A stretch of 38,673 nt of DNA, taken from the IMG/VR virus record IMGVR_UViG_3300031673_006185; one strand, written 5' to 3'. The stretch is from a virus. Every line of letters starts with the position of its first letter. Position 1 is the stretch's first letter. This document shows, piece after piece, positions 1 through 8,256 of this stretch. The notes beneath the pieces were generated by a model. The model did not search any database. It was not told the origin of the DNA and saw only the letters and a list, made by a program, of their open reading frames with translations. The position numbers and the translations under genes are program-made.

Positions 1-2
1 GA

Positions 3-251
3 CCTGGTGGTGCAGACGGCGAAATTGATCCATTGTGTCCTCTGCTAAGAGAAGATACTATACTGTCTTGTAAATCAGATAATACATCAAAAGTCATTTT
101 TGAAGATTGGAAAAACACTTCAGATTTTCTTGCTCGCCAAATCACAGATGATCTGTGTTGTGCTGGATTAGATGCAAGATTTGCCCAACACATTATAGAA
201 AAAACTCTATTAAATTGGCCAGATACTGGCCGGACATGGGGAAAAGAATAA
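3..251 (+). CDS. 3' end of a gene that starts upstream of the window (hypothetical, Cys-containing)
   Basis: The reading frame is open from the window edge to a TAA stop at 249-251; the ATG of the next gene follows 1 nt later. Confidence 0.4.
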   Translation, partial: PGGADGEIDPLCPLLREDTILSCKSDNTSKVIFEDWKNTSDFLARQITDDLCCAGLDARFAQHIIEKTLLNWPDTGRTWGKE

Positions 252-252
252 A

Positions 253-519
253 ATGGCCACAGCAAAAAACTTTTCGTTTAGTATCGAACATGATGTCGAG
301 ATTGGAGCTTACTTTCAGTTTGACTACAATGGGCCAGACTATTCTGAAGAGGTATGGGATGATCTTGAAGATATAATTACTAACAATGTTTCTACTCTTT
401 TAGATAGAATAGAAGAGAGTTCATATGAACCAGCTTGGAATCGTGATGTAGATAAAATACAATATAAACTTATATCACTTGGGTTTAAATGGTCTGGCAT
501 ACACGACTTTAAGGAATAG
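253..519 (+). CDS. hypothetical acidic protein (88 aa)
   Basis: ATG start with a purine-rich RBS (GGGGAAAAG); packed tightly between its neighbours; no motif I recognise. Confidence 0.45.
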   Translation: MATAKNFSFSIEHDVEIGAYFQFDYNGPDYSEEVWDDLEDIITNNVSTLLDRIEESSYEPAWNRDVDKIQYKLISLGFKWSGIHDFKE

Positions 520-521
520 AA

Positions 522-1724
522 ATGGAATTCAAAATAGAAGACCATACCATTTTCATTACGCTTCATGGAAGTCATGCTTATGGTATGGCAACATCTGGAT
601 CTGATGTGGATGTTAAGGGCATTGCCATTCCACCGCGAAACTTTTTTCAAGGATTCTCTAAAAGATTTGAGCAGTTTGAGGGAGAGTTTCCAAGACAATA
701 TGATAACTTTATTGGTAAAATTGAACAGATTGTTGGTAGAAAAGTGCCAGATAATGAACGCATTGATTCTACAATCTATGATATACGAAAGTTTTTAAAG
801 CTTGCATCTGATTGTAATCCAAACATTATTGAAGTTCTTTTTACTGATGAGCGTTTACATCTTGTAACATCTCCAGCACTTATTAAATTAATAGAAAACC
901 GAGATCTTTTTCTTTCTACAAAGGCTAAGTTTCGTTTCTGCGGATATGCTTTTGCCCAACTTAAAAGAATAAAAACCCATAGATCTTGGCTACTCAATCC
1001 GCCAAAAAACAAGCCCTTAAGAGAAGATTTTGGTTTGCCAGAGCGTAGCCTTATACCACGAGATCATAGGGAAGCAGCAGAGGGTTTGATAAAGAAACAA
1101 GTAAATAAATGGCTTCTATTAGAGGATGAGCTTCCCCGAGAGATCTTAGAGTCTGTTCGCATAAATACGATTGAAACCATTATAGAGGTGTGGGAATCGT
1201 TGATTGGATTGGCCGCAGAGTATGATGTTACTGGCAACATACCATTCCCTATAATCGATGGAGAGTTTGATATCAATACTCTGTCCAATGCTGCTGGCGT
1301 AAGACTTGGATATGATACAAACTTTCTGGCACTCTTGGATGCCGAGCGAAGATACAAGGGAGCACTTAAGCATTATAATCAATATCAGGAATGGAAGATC
1401 AATCGAAATCCAGCCCGAGCTTCGATGGAAGCAAAATTTGGCTATGATGGAAAGCATGCCAGTCATCTTGTAAGACTTTTACGTATGGCTGAAGAGATTC
1501 TGACAGATGGTAAAGTAATTGTTTGTAGGCCAGATGCGGAAGAACTGCTGTCGATTAGGCAGGGGACTTGGAAGTTCGATGACCTAATCCAATGGGCGGA
1601 TAATCAACAACATAAACTTGATGAATTTTATGAGTCCGGCAAATCGCCATTACCGAGAACTCCTAATTATAACAAGATTGATAAACTTTGTATGGAGATC
1701 GTACAGGAGTCGTTTTTTAAATGA
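522..1724 (+). CDS. predicted nucleotidyltransferase, RlaP/COG3541-like (minimal NTase fold)
   Basis: The N-terminus LHGSHAYGMATSGSDVDVKG fits the GS-x-YG ... SDxDxxG signature of the RlaP / minimal nucleotidyltransferase family; it is 400 aa, with a long helical C-terminal region as in that family. Confidence 0.6.
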   Translation: MEFKIEDHTIFITLHGSHAYGMATSGSDVDVKGIAIPPRNFFQGFSKRFEQFEGEFPRQYDNFIGKIEQIVGRKVPDNERIDSTIYDIRKFLKLASDCNPNIIEVLFTDERLHLVTSPALIKLIENRDLFLSTKAKFRFCGYAFAQLKRIKTHRSWLLNPPKNKPLREDFGLPERSLIPRDHREAAEGLIKKQVNKWLLLEDELPREILESVRINTIETIIEVWESLIGLAAEYDVTGNIPFPIIDGEFDINTLSNAAGVRLGYDTNFLALLDAERRYKGALKHYNQYQEWKINRNPARASMEAKFGYDGKHASHLVRLLRMAEEILTDGKVIVCRPDAEELLSIRQGTWKFDDLIQWADNQQHKLDEFYESGKSPLPRTPNYNKIDKLCMEIVQESFFK

Positions 1725-2158
1725 GAACCTTTATATTAGCATTGATGGTAGGAATTATTGGATGCGGAGGTGAACCTGTTGTGGATGATCAAGAAGAAGA
1801 TGTATCCATTCAGAAAGAACCTGCTGCGAATGAAGAGAGTTGTGGAAACAATGTATGTGAAAGAAACAAAGGAGAAGATTATTGGAACTGTCTTGACTGT
1901 GTAGATTTGTTAACTGGTGGGCCAACAAACGGCTATTGTGGAGACGGTGTGTGCTTTAATGAAACTATGTTTGATTGTTGGACAGATTGTAGACCACACG
2001 CTTCTAATCCCGCAGCATTTGATGACGATGTTCCGCAGCCTGGAAAAAACATAAGAATACTAATTGATCAAGGGCCTTGGCCCGGCATCGAGCCGATACC
2101 AAACCCAGGGCCACTTCCAGGACCTCCAAAGAAAGAGGTTGAGGATAGGAGATGGTAA
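1721..2158 (+). CDS. Cys-rich lipoprotein with a Pro-rich C-terminus
   Basis: Signal peptide plus lipobox (MRTFILALMVGIIGC). It has about 12 Cys in CxxxC-type spacings, then PGPLPGPPKKE. It overlaps the upstream gene by 4 nt (ATGA) and the MVP gene by 7 nt. Confidence 0.55.
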   Translation: MRTFILALMVGIIGCGGEPVVDDQEEDVSIQKEPAANEESCGNNVCERNKGEDYWNCLDCVDLLTGGPTNGYCGDGVCFNETMFDCWTDCRPHASNPAAFDDDVPQPGKNIRILIDQGPWPGIEPIPNPGPLPGPPKKEVEDRRW

Positions 2159-4707
2159 AAATTAATTTTAGTCCACCGCCAGAAAATGTAGGAACAGTCA
2201 ATGAGCGGTGGGAAACAAACAATCAACAAGAAAAAGAGGAGAGTAAAATGGCTGAACGTTCAGAGAGAGAGTTGGTGCTTGCCCCAAATGAGTATGCTTT
2301 TATTCTTGACACCACCAAGGGTAATGTAAATTGCTATGTTGGTCCTAATAAGACCAGTCTCGCTGGTACTGATAGTATGGTAGCTTTTAATGAGAAGACT
2401 AAAAGATTCGAGCCTGTTGCGTTAGATCGTGCCGTCCAAACGTTTAAGACTGCTCCAAGCAACTGGTATATGATTATGAAGAATCCTGCTAAGGATTCTG
2501 CTCATCCGCAGCCTGGTCCGTCTAATAGTCTTCCGCCTCTCCAGGTTGGTAAGAAGGTTAACATCCATGGCCCATCGTCTTTTGCTCTTTGGCCTGGTCA
2601 GATGGTAAAGGTTATTGAAGGTCATAAACTTCAATCAAATCAGTATCTTCTGGTTAGAATCTATGATCATGAAGAGGCCAACAAGAATATTGAAGGTATC
2701 TATGGTGGTAAGGTTCCAGAGGATGTAACTGATCTTTTCGCTGGCCAGAAAGTAATTATCAAGGGCACCGATGTTTCTTTTTATATGCCCCCAACTGGTG
2801 CGGAAGTTATGCCCGATGATAATGGTGATCTTGTACGCAACGCAGTTACTCTGGAACGTCTTGAGTATTGTGTGCTGGTTGGTGAGAATGGTGAGAAGGA
2901 ATATCGTCGTGGTGAGGATGTAGTCTTCCCGAGGCCGGATCAGAAGTTTTTGACAAGCAATAGTTCGAGGAAGTTCCGTGCTATCGAGTTGGATGAAACG
3001 ACTGGTCTTCATGTAAAGGTGATCGCTCCTTATGTGGATGAAGAGAGTGAGCGACGAGAGGGTGAAGAGCTGTTTATTACTGGCAAAAACAAGCTGTATT
3101 TTCCGAGAAAAGAACACGCTATTATCCGTGATGAGGGTGGTAATCAGCTTCACCACGCGGTTGCTGTTCCTAAGGGCGAAGGTTTGTATGTTCTGAATAA
3201 GCAGTCTGGTGATGTAAAAACTATTACTGGTCCCAAGATGTTTCTTCCCGATCCCAGAACTGAGGCGGTAACGCAGAGGATTCTTAGTGATCGTGAGTGT
3301 TCTCTCCTTTATCCGGGGAACAAAGAGGCTTTGGATTTTAACCAGCAATTGCGTGGTGCTATTGAAGTAACTGTTGCCACCAACTCTGCTGAGGCTATGT
3401 CTAAGGTTCTTAGTAATCGTCAGAGACGTGGTCCTACCAAGGGCGGGGCCGAGGTTGCTGCGGAAGCTCTGGCAGAGATGGCGTCCAGTGATTGGGCTGG
3501 CGACGGGTTTACTCGTGCTGGGTATGATGCTAAGCCCAGAAGCATTACCATTGATAACAAGTATCGTGGTACTGTTGCCTGTGATATTTGGTCTGGATTC
3601 GCTGTTCAGATTATTGATAAGGCTGGTAACAGGCGTGTGGTGGAAGGCCCGATCAATGGCGTGCTCATGGAGTATGACGAGACTGTTGAAGCCCTACATC
3701 TTTCTATGGGCAACCCCAAGTCTACCGATAAGATGTTGGCTACAGCGTTTTTGAAGACCAGAAATAACTATGTGTCTGATACCGTTGGAATTATTTCCAG
3801 GGATCTTATTATGGCACAGGTTAAGATTAAATATCTTGTTGATTTTGTTGGAGAAGACAAGGGCATGTGGTTTGCGGTTGACAACTATGTCAAGCTGCTT
3901 TGTGATCATGCTCGATCTAAAATCAAGGCTGTTGCTCGTAAGACTTCGATCAGTGATCTTCAGAAGAATATTTCTGAAGTTATTCGTGATACTGTTTTGG
4001 GTGCGAAGCCAGATGCAGGCATTCGTTCTGGTCTGGTATTTGAAGAGAACAGCATGGTTGTAAGAGATGTTGATGTGCTGTATTTTGAGATCACTCAAAA
4101 AGAAGTTAAGGATCTGATGTTTAGCAGTCAGATCGGTGTTGTGCGAGACAACATTGTGTTGGAACAAAAAGAGTCAGAGTTGGCCAATCAAAAGAGGCTT
4201 GAGGAGATTAGTCGGGCACTGGAGCAAGAGCGCCATATGACTGAGGAACTTCGAAGGCAACTGCGGTTGAAGAGTGAAGAGGGAGAGGCTGCTTATCGGT
4301 CCTCTGTTTTGACATTTGAGGATTCTTTAAGGGACCAGAGGGAAGCTTCTGATATGGCTACAGCTCAGCACGAGATGTTGCTTCAGGAGAAGCGTCGGCA
4401 GGATAAGCAGAAAGAGCATGAGCTTGATCTGAAGCGTAAGGCTGATCTTCAGGAACTTAACATTACCTATCTGAAGGAGAAGGTTGATGGGGCTGTTAAG
4501 CAGGCTACTGCGTTCTCGCCGCACATTGTTGAGGCTGTGAAGAGACTGGGCGATGCTCAGTTGCTGTCTTCTCTGGCCGAGAATTTTGGTGAACTTGCTG
4601 CTATCGAGGGTAAGGGTTTGTTGGCGGTAGCGAATAAGTTCTTAGACTTCAAGCATACGGGGGCTATGATTCCGATGCTGAAGGAACAATTTGAGTCGGG
4701 TGAGTAA
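2152..4707 (+). CDS. major vault protein (MVP) homolog
   Basis: 851 aa. N-terminal tandem ~55-aa repeats carry MVP-repeat hallmarks: PNEYAFILD...VGPNKTSL, FALWPGQMV, KGTDVSFYMP, comparable to human MVP PPYHYIHVLD...VGPKTYI, FPLYPGEVL, EGPGTYIP. A shoulder-like region follows (VSDTVGIISRD...). A ~150-aa coiled coil follows (ELANQKRLEEISRALEQERH...), like the MVP cap helix. The C-terminus GDAQLLSSLAENFG resembles MVP GPEMQVKLLQSLG. Confidence 0.65.
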   Translation: MVKINFSPPPENVGTVNERWETNNQQEKEESKMAERSERELVLAPNEYAFILDTTKGNVNCYVGPNKTSLAGTDSMVAFNEKTKRFEPVALDRAVQTFKTAPSNWYMIMKNPAKDSAHPQPGPSNSLPPLQVGKKVNIHGPSSFALWPGQMVKVIEGHKLQSNQYLLVRIYDHEEANKNIEGIYGGKVPEDVTDLFAGQKVIIKGTDVSFYMPPTGAEVMPDDNGDLVRNAVTLERLEYCVLVGENGEKEYRRGEDVVFPRPDQKFLTSNSSRKFRAIELDETTGLHVKVIAPYVDEESERREGEELFITGKNKLYFPRKEHAIIRDEGGNQLHHAVAVPKGEGLYVLNKQSGDVKTITGPKMFLPDPRTEAVTQRILSDRECSLLYPGNKEALDFNQQLRGAIEVTVATNSAEAMSKVLSNRQRRGPTKGGAEVAAEALAEMASSDWAGDGFTRAGYDAKPRSITIDNKYRGTVACDIWSGFAVQIIDKAGNRRVVEGPINGVLMEYDETVEALHLSMGNPKSTDKMLATAFLKTRNNYVSDTVGIISRDLIMAQVKIKYLVDFVGEDKGMWFAVDNYVKLLCDHARSKIKAVARKTSISDLQKNISEVIRDTVLGAKPDAGIRSGLVFEENSMVVRDVDVLYFEITQKEVKDLMFSSQIGVVRDNIVLEQKESELANQKRLEEISRALEQERHMTEELRRQLRLKSEEGEAAYRSSVLTFEDSLRDQREASDMATAQHEMLLQEKRRQDKQKEHELDLKRKADLQELNITYLKEKVDGAVKQATAFSPHIVEAVKRLGDAQLLSSLAENFGELAAIEGKGLLAVANKFLDFKHTGAMIPMLKEQFESGE

Positions 4708-4714
4708 TTAACTT

Positions 4715-4748
4715 GGGGGCGGGGAGAAATCCCCGCCCCTCTATTTTC
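4715..4748 (+). terminator. rho-independent terminator after the MVP operon
   Basis: GGGGCGGGG-AGAAAT-CCCCGCCCC forms a 9-bp GC stem, followed by TCTATTTTC. Confidence 0.75.
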
Positions 4749-4754
4749 AAATAG

Positions 4755-5231
4755 GTGAAAAACATGTGGACAAAAATTGATAAGTTATGGAAATCTATTC
4801 ATAAAGGGGTATCTTCTTTTACTTGGAAAGGAATACTAAGCCTATTGGTTGGAATAGTTGGCGGTATTATTATAGGAAGTTATGTAGTTTATAATTCATT
4901 CTCTACAAATGGCTGTGTTGTTCTAGAAACAGATTCATATATCGCCGTTGGATTTATTGGATTATTACTGGGTGCTCTTGGAACAATGCTTATATCATTT
5001 TTTATGCGATGTATCTTACAAATACCAGTCAGCATAAGAGAAGGGCGGTCGTATCGGGAACAACGCAAAAAAGATAAGAAGTTGCGAAGAAAAGAGTTGG
5101 GGCTTAAATACATAAGCCAAGATATAGCAGCTGCCATTGGAACTTGGGCACTGATAATTTTAATAGCATTGATAACAATAATTTCAATATCTGCGATCTG
5201 TGGATATGTATGGTGGATACTTTTTTGTTAG
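4755..5231 (+). CDS. integral membrane protein (158 aa)
   Basis: RBS AGGTGA; several hydrophobic helices (LLVGIVGGIIIGSYVV, ALIILIALITIISISAI). Confidence 0.5.
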   Translation: MKNMWTKIDKLWKSIHKGVSSFTWKGILSLLVGIVGGIIIGSYVVYNSFSTNGCVVLETDSYIAVGFIGLLLGALGTMLISFFMRCILQIPVSIREGRSYREQRKKDKKLRRKELGLKYISQDIAAAIGTWALIILIALITIISISAICGYVWWILFC

Positions 5232-5238
5232 GAGAATA

Positions 5239-5529
5239 ATGTACGACGAAACTAAAAGGGCTGTCAAAAAAGCCTTCCAAGTTGGCAAAATTATATTTAC
5301 TCTTGGTGAAGAAAGATATAATCAATTATTAAGAGCCGTTAGTTCTGTAAGGCACCCCACACAAAAAGAATTAAAACCATATCTCGATGATGGACTTTGT
5401 CTTGAGGATGCTTTAATTACAGAACTTAAACGTAGATATATGGCAGCAGCCACACATTCTGGTTTCACCAAGCGACAGGGATTAGCGGTATTAGAGTATG
5501 CTGCAATGCTGGAGGAACTGAAGGATTAG
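5239..5529 (+). CDS. hypothetical protein
   Basis: Internal ATG with RBS AGGAGAA (MYDETKRAV...); the longer ORF beginning at 5200 overlaps the upstream gene. Confidence 0.4.
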   Translation: MYDETKRAVKKAFQVGKIIFTLGEERYNQLLRAVSSVRHPTQKELKPYLDDGLCLEDALITELKRRYMAAATHSGFTKRQGLAVLEYAAMLEELKD

Positions 5530-5844
5530 ATGGAACCAAAACGCACAAGAAGGTTATTATTATACATCTTTTTACTTAATATTGCAGACACTATTTTTAC
5601 ATGGATATCGGTTAATGGAGATGCCGCATATGAAATCAACCCCACTGTTAATTTGCTATTAAGCTGTGGCCCCGTTGGTTTTTTCTGTGTTAAAATTGGA
5701 CTGGTCTCACTGGCTCTTTTGTTTGCGTATGTAAGGATAAAGGTAGATGCTCCAAGATACATTTATGTATTCACTGCTGTAGTAGTGATTATGTTAGTCA
5801 TTGTAATTCTTGGATTTCTAGGAACACTTCTAACATTTTTATAA
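5530..5844 (+). CDS. small membrane protein (104 aa)
   Basis: Three predicted TM helices; starts 1 nt after the previous stop. Confidence 0.45.
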   Translation: MEPKRTRRLLLYIFLLNIADTIFTWISVNGDAAYEINPTVNLLLSCGPVGFFCVKIGLVSLALLFAYVRIKVDAPRYIYVFTAVVVIMLVIVILGFLGTLLTFL

Positions 5845-5856
5845 CGGAGAGAAATT

Positions 5857-6498
5857 ATGTTTCTTCCTTTAATTGAAAAATGTGAATCTGCTGGTTCTAA
5901 TAAGAAGACGACTATAATTAAGAAAAACTTAGAAGAAATGTTTGAAGAGAGACGATCAACACTAATGATTCTTCCATCAATAAGCAGACAAGTCTTGAGC
6001 ATGGCACAGTCTTTGCCAGGCTGTTTGTTGGCTGGTGGAGCAGCTCTTGAGTTATACACTGGTGATATTAATAAGATAAAGGATTGGGATCTGTTTTTTG
6101 CTCGGTCTGAAGGTTATAAAGAAGCCCAACATAAGTTGAAAGGGCTTGGTTTTGTGGGAACAGATCGCTCTGAATGGAGCTGGACTATGGAAAAATCTGG
6201 TGTGGTGGTTCAACTTATAACCAGATTTTATACATCGTCACCCGCCGATTTGTTTAATCGCTTTGATTTTTCTGTTTGTTGCTTTGCTGTTAAAGGACCA
6301 GACATTTATTATACAGAGCAGGCTGCGGAAGATGTTGAACTCAAGAGGCTGACTTATATTTATACGGATAATATTATCAGTAGCATTAAAAGAGTTGCAA
6401 GATATGGTCATAAGGGCTACATGCCTACAACGCAGTGTGTTATAGATTTATTGAAGCAATGCAAGTTTATTCCAGAAGACGGGCCGGGTTGTAGTTAG
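5857..6498 (+). CDS. putative Pol-beta-superfamily nucleotidyltransferase
   Basis: LAGGAALELYTGDINKIKDWDLFF fits hG[GS]-x9-13-DhDh; RBS GGAGAG. The fold assignment is tentative. Confidence 0.4.
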   Translation: MFLPLIEKCESAGSNKKTTIIKKNLEEMFEERRSTLMILPSISRQVLSMAQSLPGCLLAGGAALELYTGDINKIKDWDLFFARSEGYKEAQHKLKGLGFVGTDRSEWSWTMEKSGVVVQLITRFYTSSPADLFNRFDFSVCCFAVKGPDIYYTEQAAEDVELKRLTYIYTDNIISSIKRVARYGHKGYMPTTQCVIDLLKQCKFIPEDGPGCS

Positions 6499-6508
6499 GG
6501 ATATCATT

Positions 6509-7123
6509 ATGAATCAACGACAAATTAAAGCAATACGCAAAAATCCTGATGACGTAAATTGGATATTACTATGCGAAGAGGAAAAATTATCCGAGGATTT
6601 TATAACAGAGTTTAAAGATAAAGTGGTTTGGGATCGCATTTCAAAATATCAGAAATTATCTGAAGATTTTATAGACAAGTGTCAAGACAGAGTTGATTGG
6701 TATTATATTTCAGTATATCAAAAACTTTCGGAAGAGTTTATTGAGAGCTTTAGTCATCTTGTAGACTGGGATCAGATCAGCTTCTACCAACAACTTTCAG
6801 AACGGTTTATGATTAAGCATTGCGATAAACTTGAGTGGGAAAATATATCTGAATCTCAAATATTATCTGAAGATTTCATAGCAACATTTCACGATAAACT
6901 TGAGTGGGATGCGATTTCCCGAAATCAAATACTATCTGAGGATTTTATGTCGGCGTTTAAGGATAAATTAAGTTGGCCGATGATATCTCGTGCTCAAATA
7001 TTGTCTGAGGATTTTATAGCAGAGTTTCGAGATATGGTTGATTGGTGGTATATTAAATCAAGACAAAAGTACTCGCAAGAATTTGTACAACACTTTAAAA
7101 CTGAATTAGAAAGGGCGCGATAA
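6509..7123 (+). CDS. repeat protein with six or more ~22-aa 'W-x-IS-x-YQKLSEDFI-x-F-x-DKVDW' repeats
   Basis: The period is visible in the translation (ISKYQKLSEDFIDKCQDRVDW / ISVYQKLSEEFIESFSHLVDW / ISESQILSEDFIATFHDKLEW ...). Paralogs start at 25773 and 38288. Confidence 0.6.
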   Translation: MNQRQIKAIRKNPDDVNWILLCEEEKLSEDFITEFKDKVVWDRISKYQKLSEDFIDKCQDRVDWYYISVYQKLSEEFIESFSHLVDWDQISFYQQLSERFMIKHCDKLEWENISESQILSEDFIATFHDKLEWDAISRNQILSEDFMSAFKDKLSWPMISRAQILSEDFIAEFRDMVDWWYIKSRQKYSQEFVQHFKTELERAR

Positions 7124-7125
7124 TA

Positions 7126-8256
7126 ATGTGGTCTTTTACTGGTTTTGGGGCGAGATTAGATCTGTCCAAAGTGCGATCTGATTTCCGGCAGGTTTCGGAT
7201 AGCGGATTAACTTTTATATGTCCCAGAAAAAATATGTGGGATTGGAGTTTCGAAGAGAGATTCCTGCGTTCAATTATCGTTGATCAGGATGGCTATGTAG
7301 TATCATCAGGTTGGCCAAAGTTTGGAAACTATGGCGAATTTTTGGATGATACTGAAACGCTTAAAAAAGATCTTGAAGATGGTGCGCCTGTAAGATTTAG
7401 CCACAAAGAAGACGGATCTCTGTGTATTCGATCAGTTATAAATGGCCAGGTAATTCTTCGTACTCGTGGAACCTTATATGGTGGCGAGCGTGGAGAAGAT
7501 GGAATGGAATCTTATAAGGAAAGATTTTTTCGAACTGCCCAGAAGTATCCGAAAATATTAGATTCTAACTGGATGACAGACCGATCTCTTTTATTCGAGT
7601 ATGTAGCACCAGGCAATTTAGTTGTAATACGATACAAGGAAGAAGACTTGGTGTTCCTTGGGTATGTAGATCATTCTTTACATATCGGGCACTGGTCTGA
7701 GGTGGAAGCTGTGGCGAAAGAGGGCCAGTTAAATCTTGTACGTCTGCACGATCTGCCACGAGATCCGTTGGAACTCTTGGAAATTATAAAGACTTGGAAA
7801 GATGAAGGTGTGGTTGCCAGATGTGATCAAGATCAGGTAATGGTCAAAGTAAAAAGCGCCCATTACCTGGCCCAACACAGGATGAAGTTCTCCATAAATT
7901 ATAGATTTATGGTAGAGTTTGCGGAACTATCTGGTATTAATAGTGAAGCAGACTTAATAAAAGAACTACAGGCTTGTGATTATGATTATGAGATTATAGA
8001 AACTACCCTTCCGTTTTATCATAGATACAAAAGAGCGTCTGTTTCTGTTGATAATACGATACATGAAGCTCATGAGGTAATCAATAACTTTTCGTCTGAT
8101 AAAACCGATGAGGTTGGAAGGAGAAAAGAACTTGCTATGTTGATAAGCAAACTACATGGACATATCAAGCCATTTGTGTTTGCTCTTTATGATAAGAAGA
8201 TGAGCAGAGTGGACGCTCTTAGACGAAAAACAATTCTAACCGAGGGTAAAAGATGA
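7126..8256 (+). CDS. ATP-dependent RNA ligase (T4 Rnl1-like)
   Basis: Motif I FSHKEDGSL (KxDG, the Rnl1-type KEDGSL), motif IV EGVVAR, motif V MVKVKSAHY; 376 aa. Confidence 0.65.
   Translation: MWSFTGFGARLDLSKVRSDFRQVSDSGLTFICPRKNMWDWSFEERFLRSIIVDQDGYVVSSGWPKFGNYGEFLDDTETLKKDLEDGAPVRFSHKEDGSLCIRSVINGQVILRTRGTLYGGERGEDGMESYKERFFRTAQKYPKILDSNWMTDRSLLFEYVAPGNLVVIRYKEEDLVFLGYVDHSLHIGHWSEVEAVAKEGQLNLVRLHDLPRDPLELLEIIKTWKDEGVVARCDQDQVMVKVKSAHYLAQHRMKFSINYRFMVEFAELSGINSEADLIKELQACDYDYEIIETTLPFYHRYKRASVSVDNTIHEAHEVINNFSSDKTDEVGRRKELAMLISKLHGHIKPFVFALYDKKMSRVDALRRKTILTEGKR

Noticed and set aside
2635-3348. Long minus-strand ORFs (2635-3348, 11563-12183, 20670-21095, 26123-26572).
   Set aside because: Each lies entirely inside a well-supported + strand gene (MVP, Lon, the rpsU region, the acidic protein). 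They have no RBS and low-complexity translations, so I treat them as shadow ORFs.
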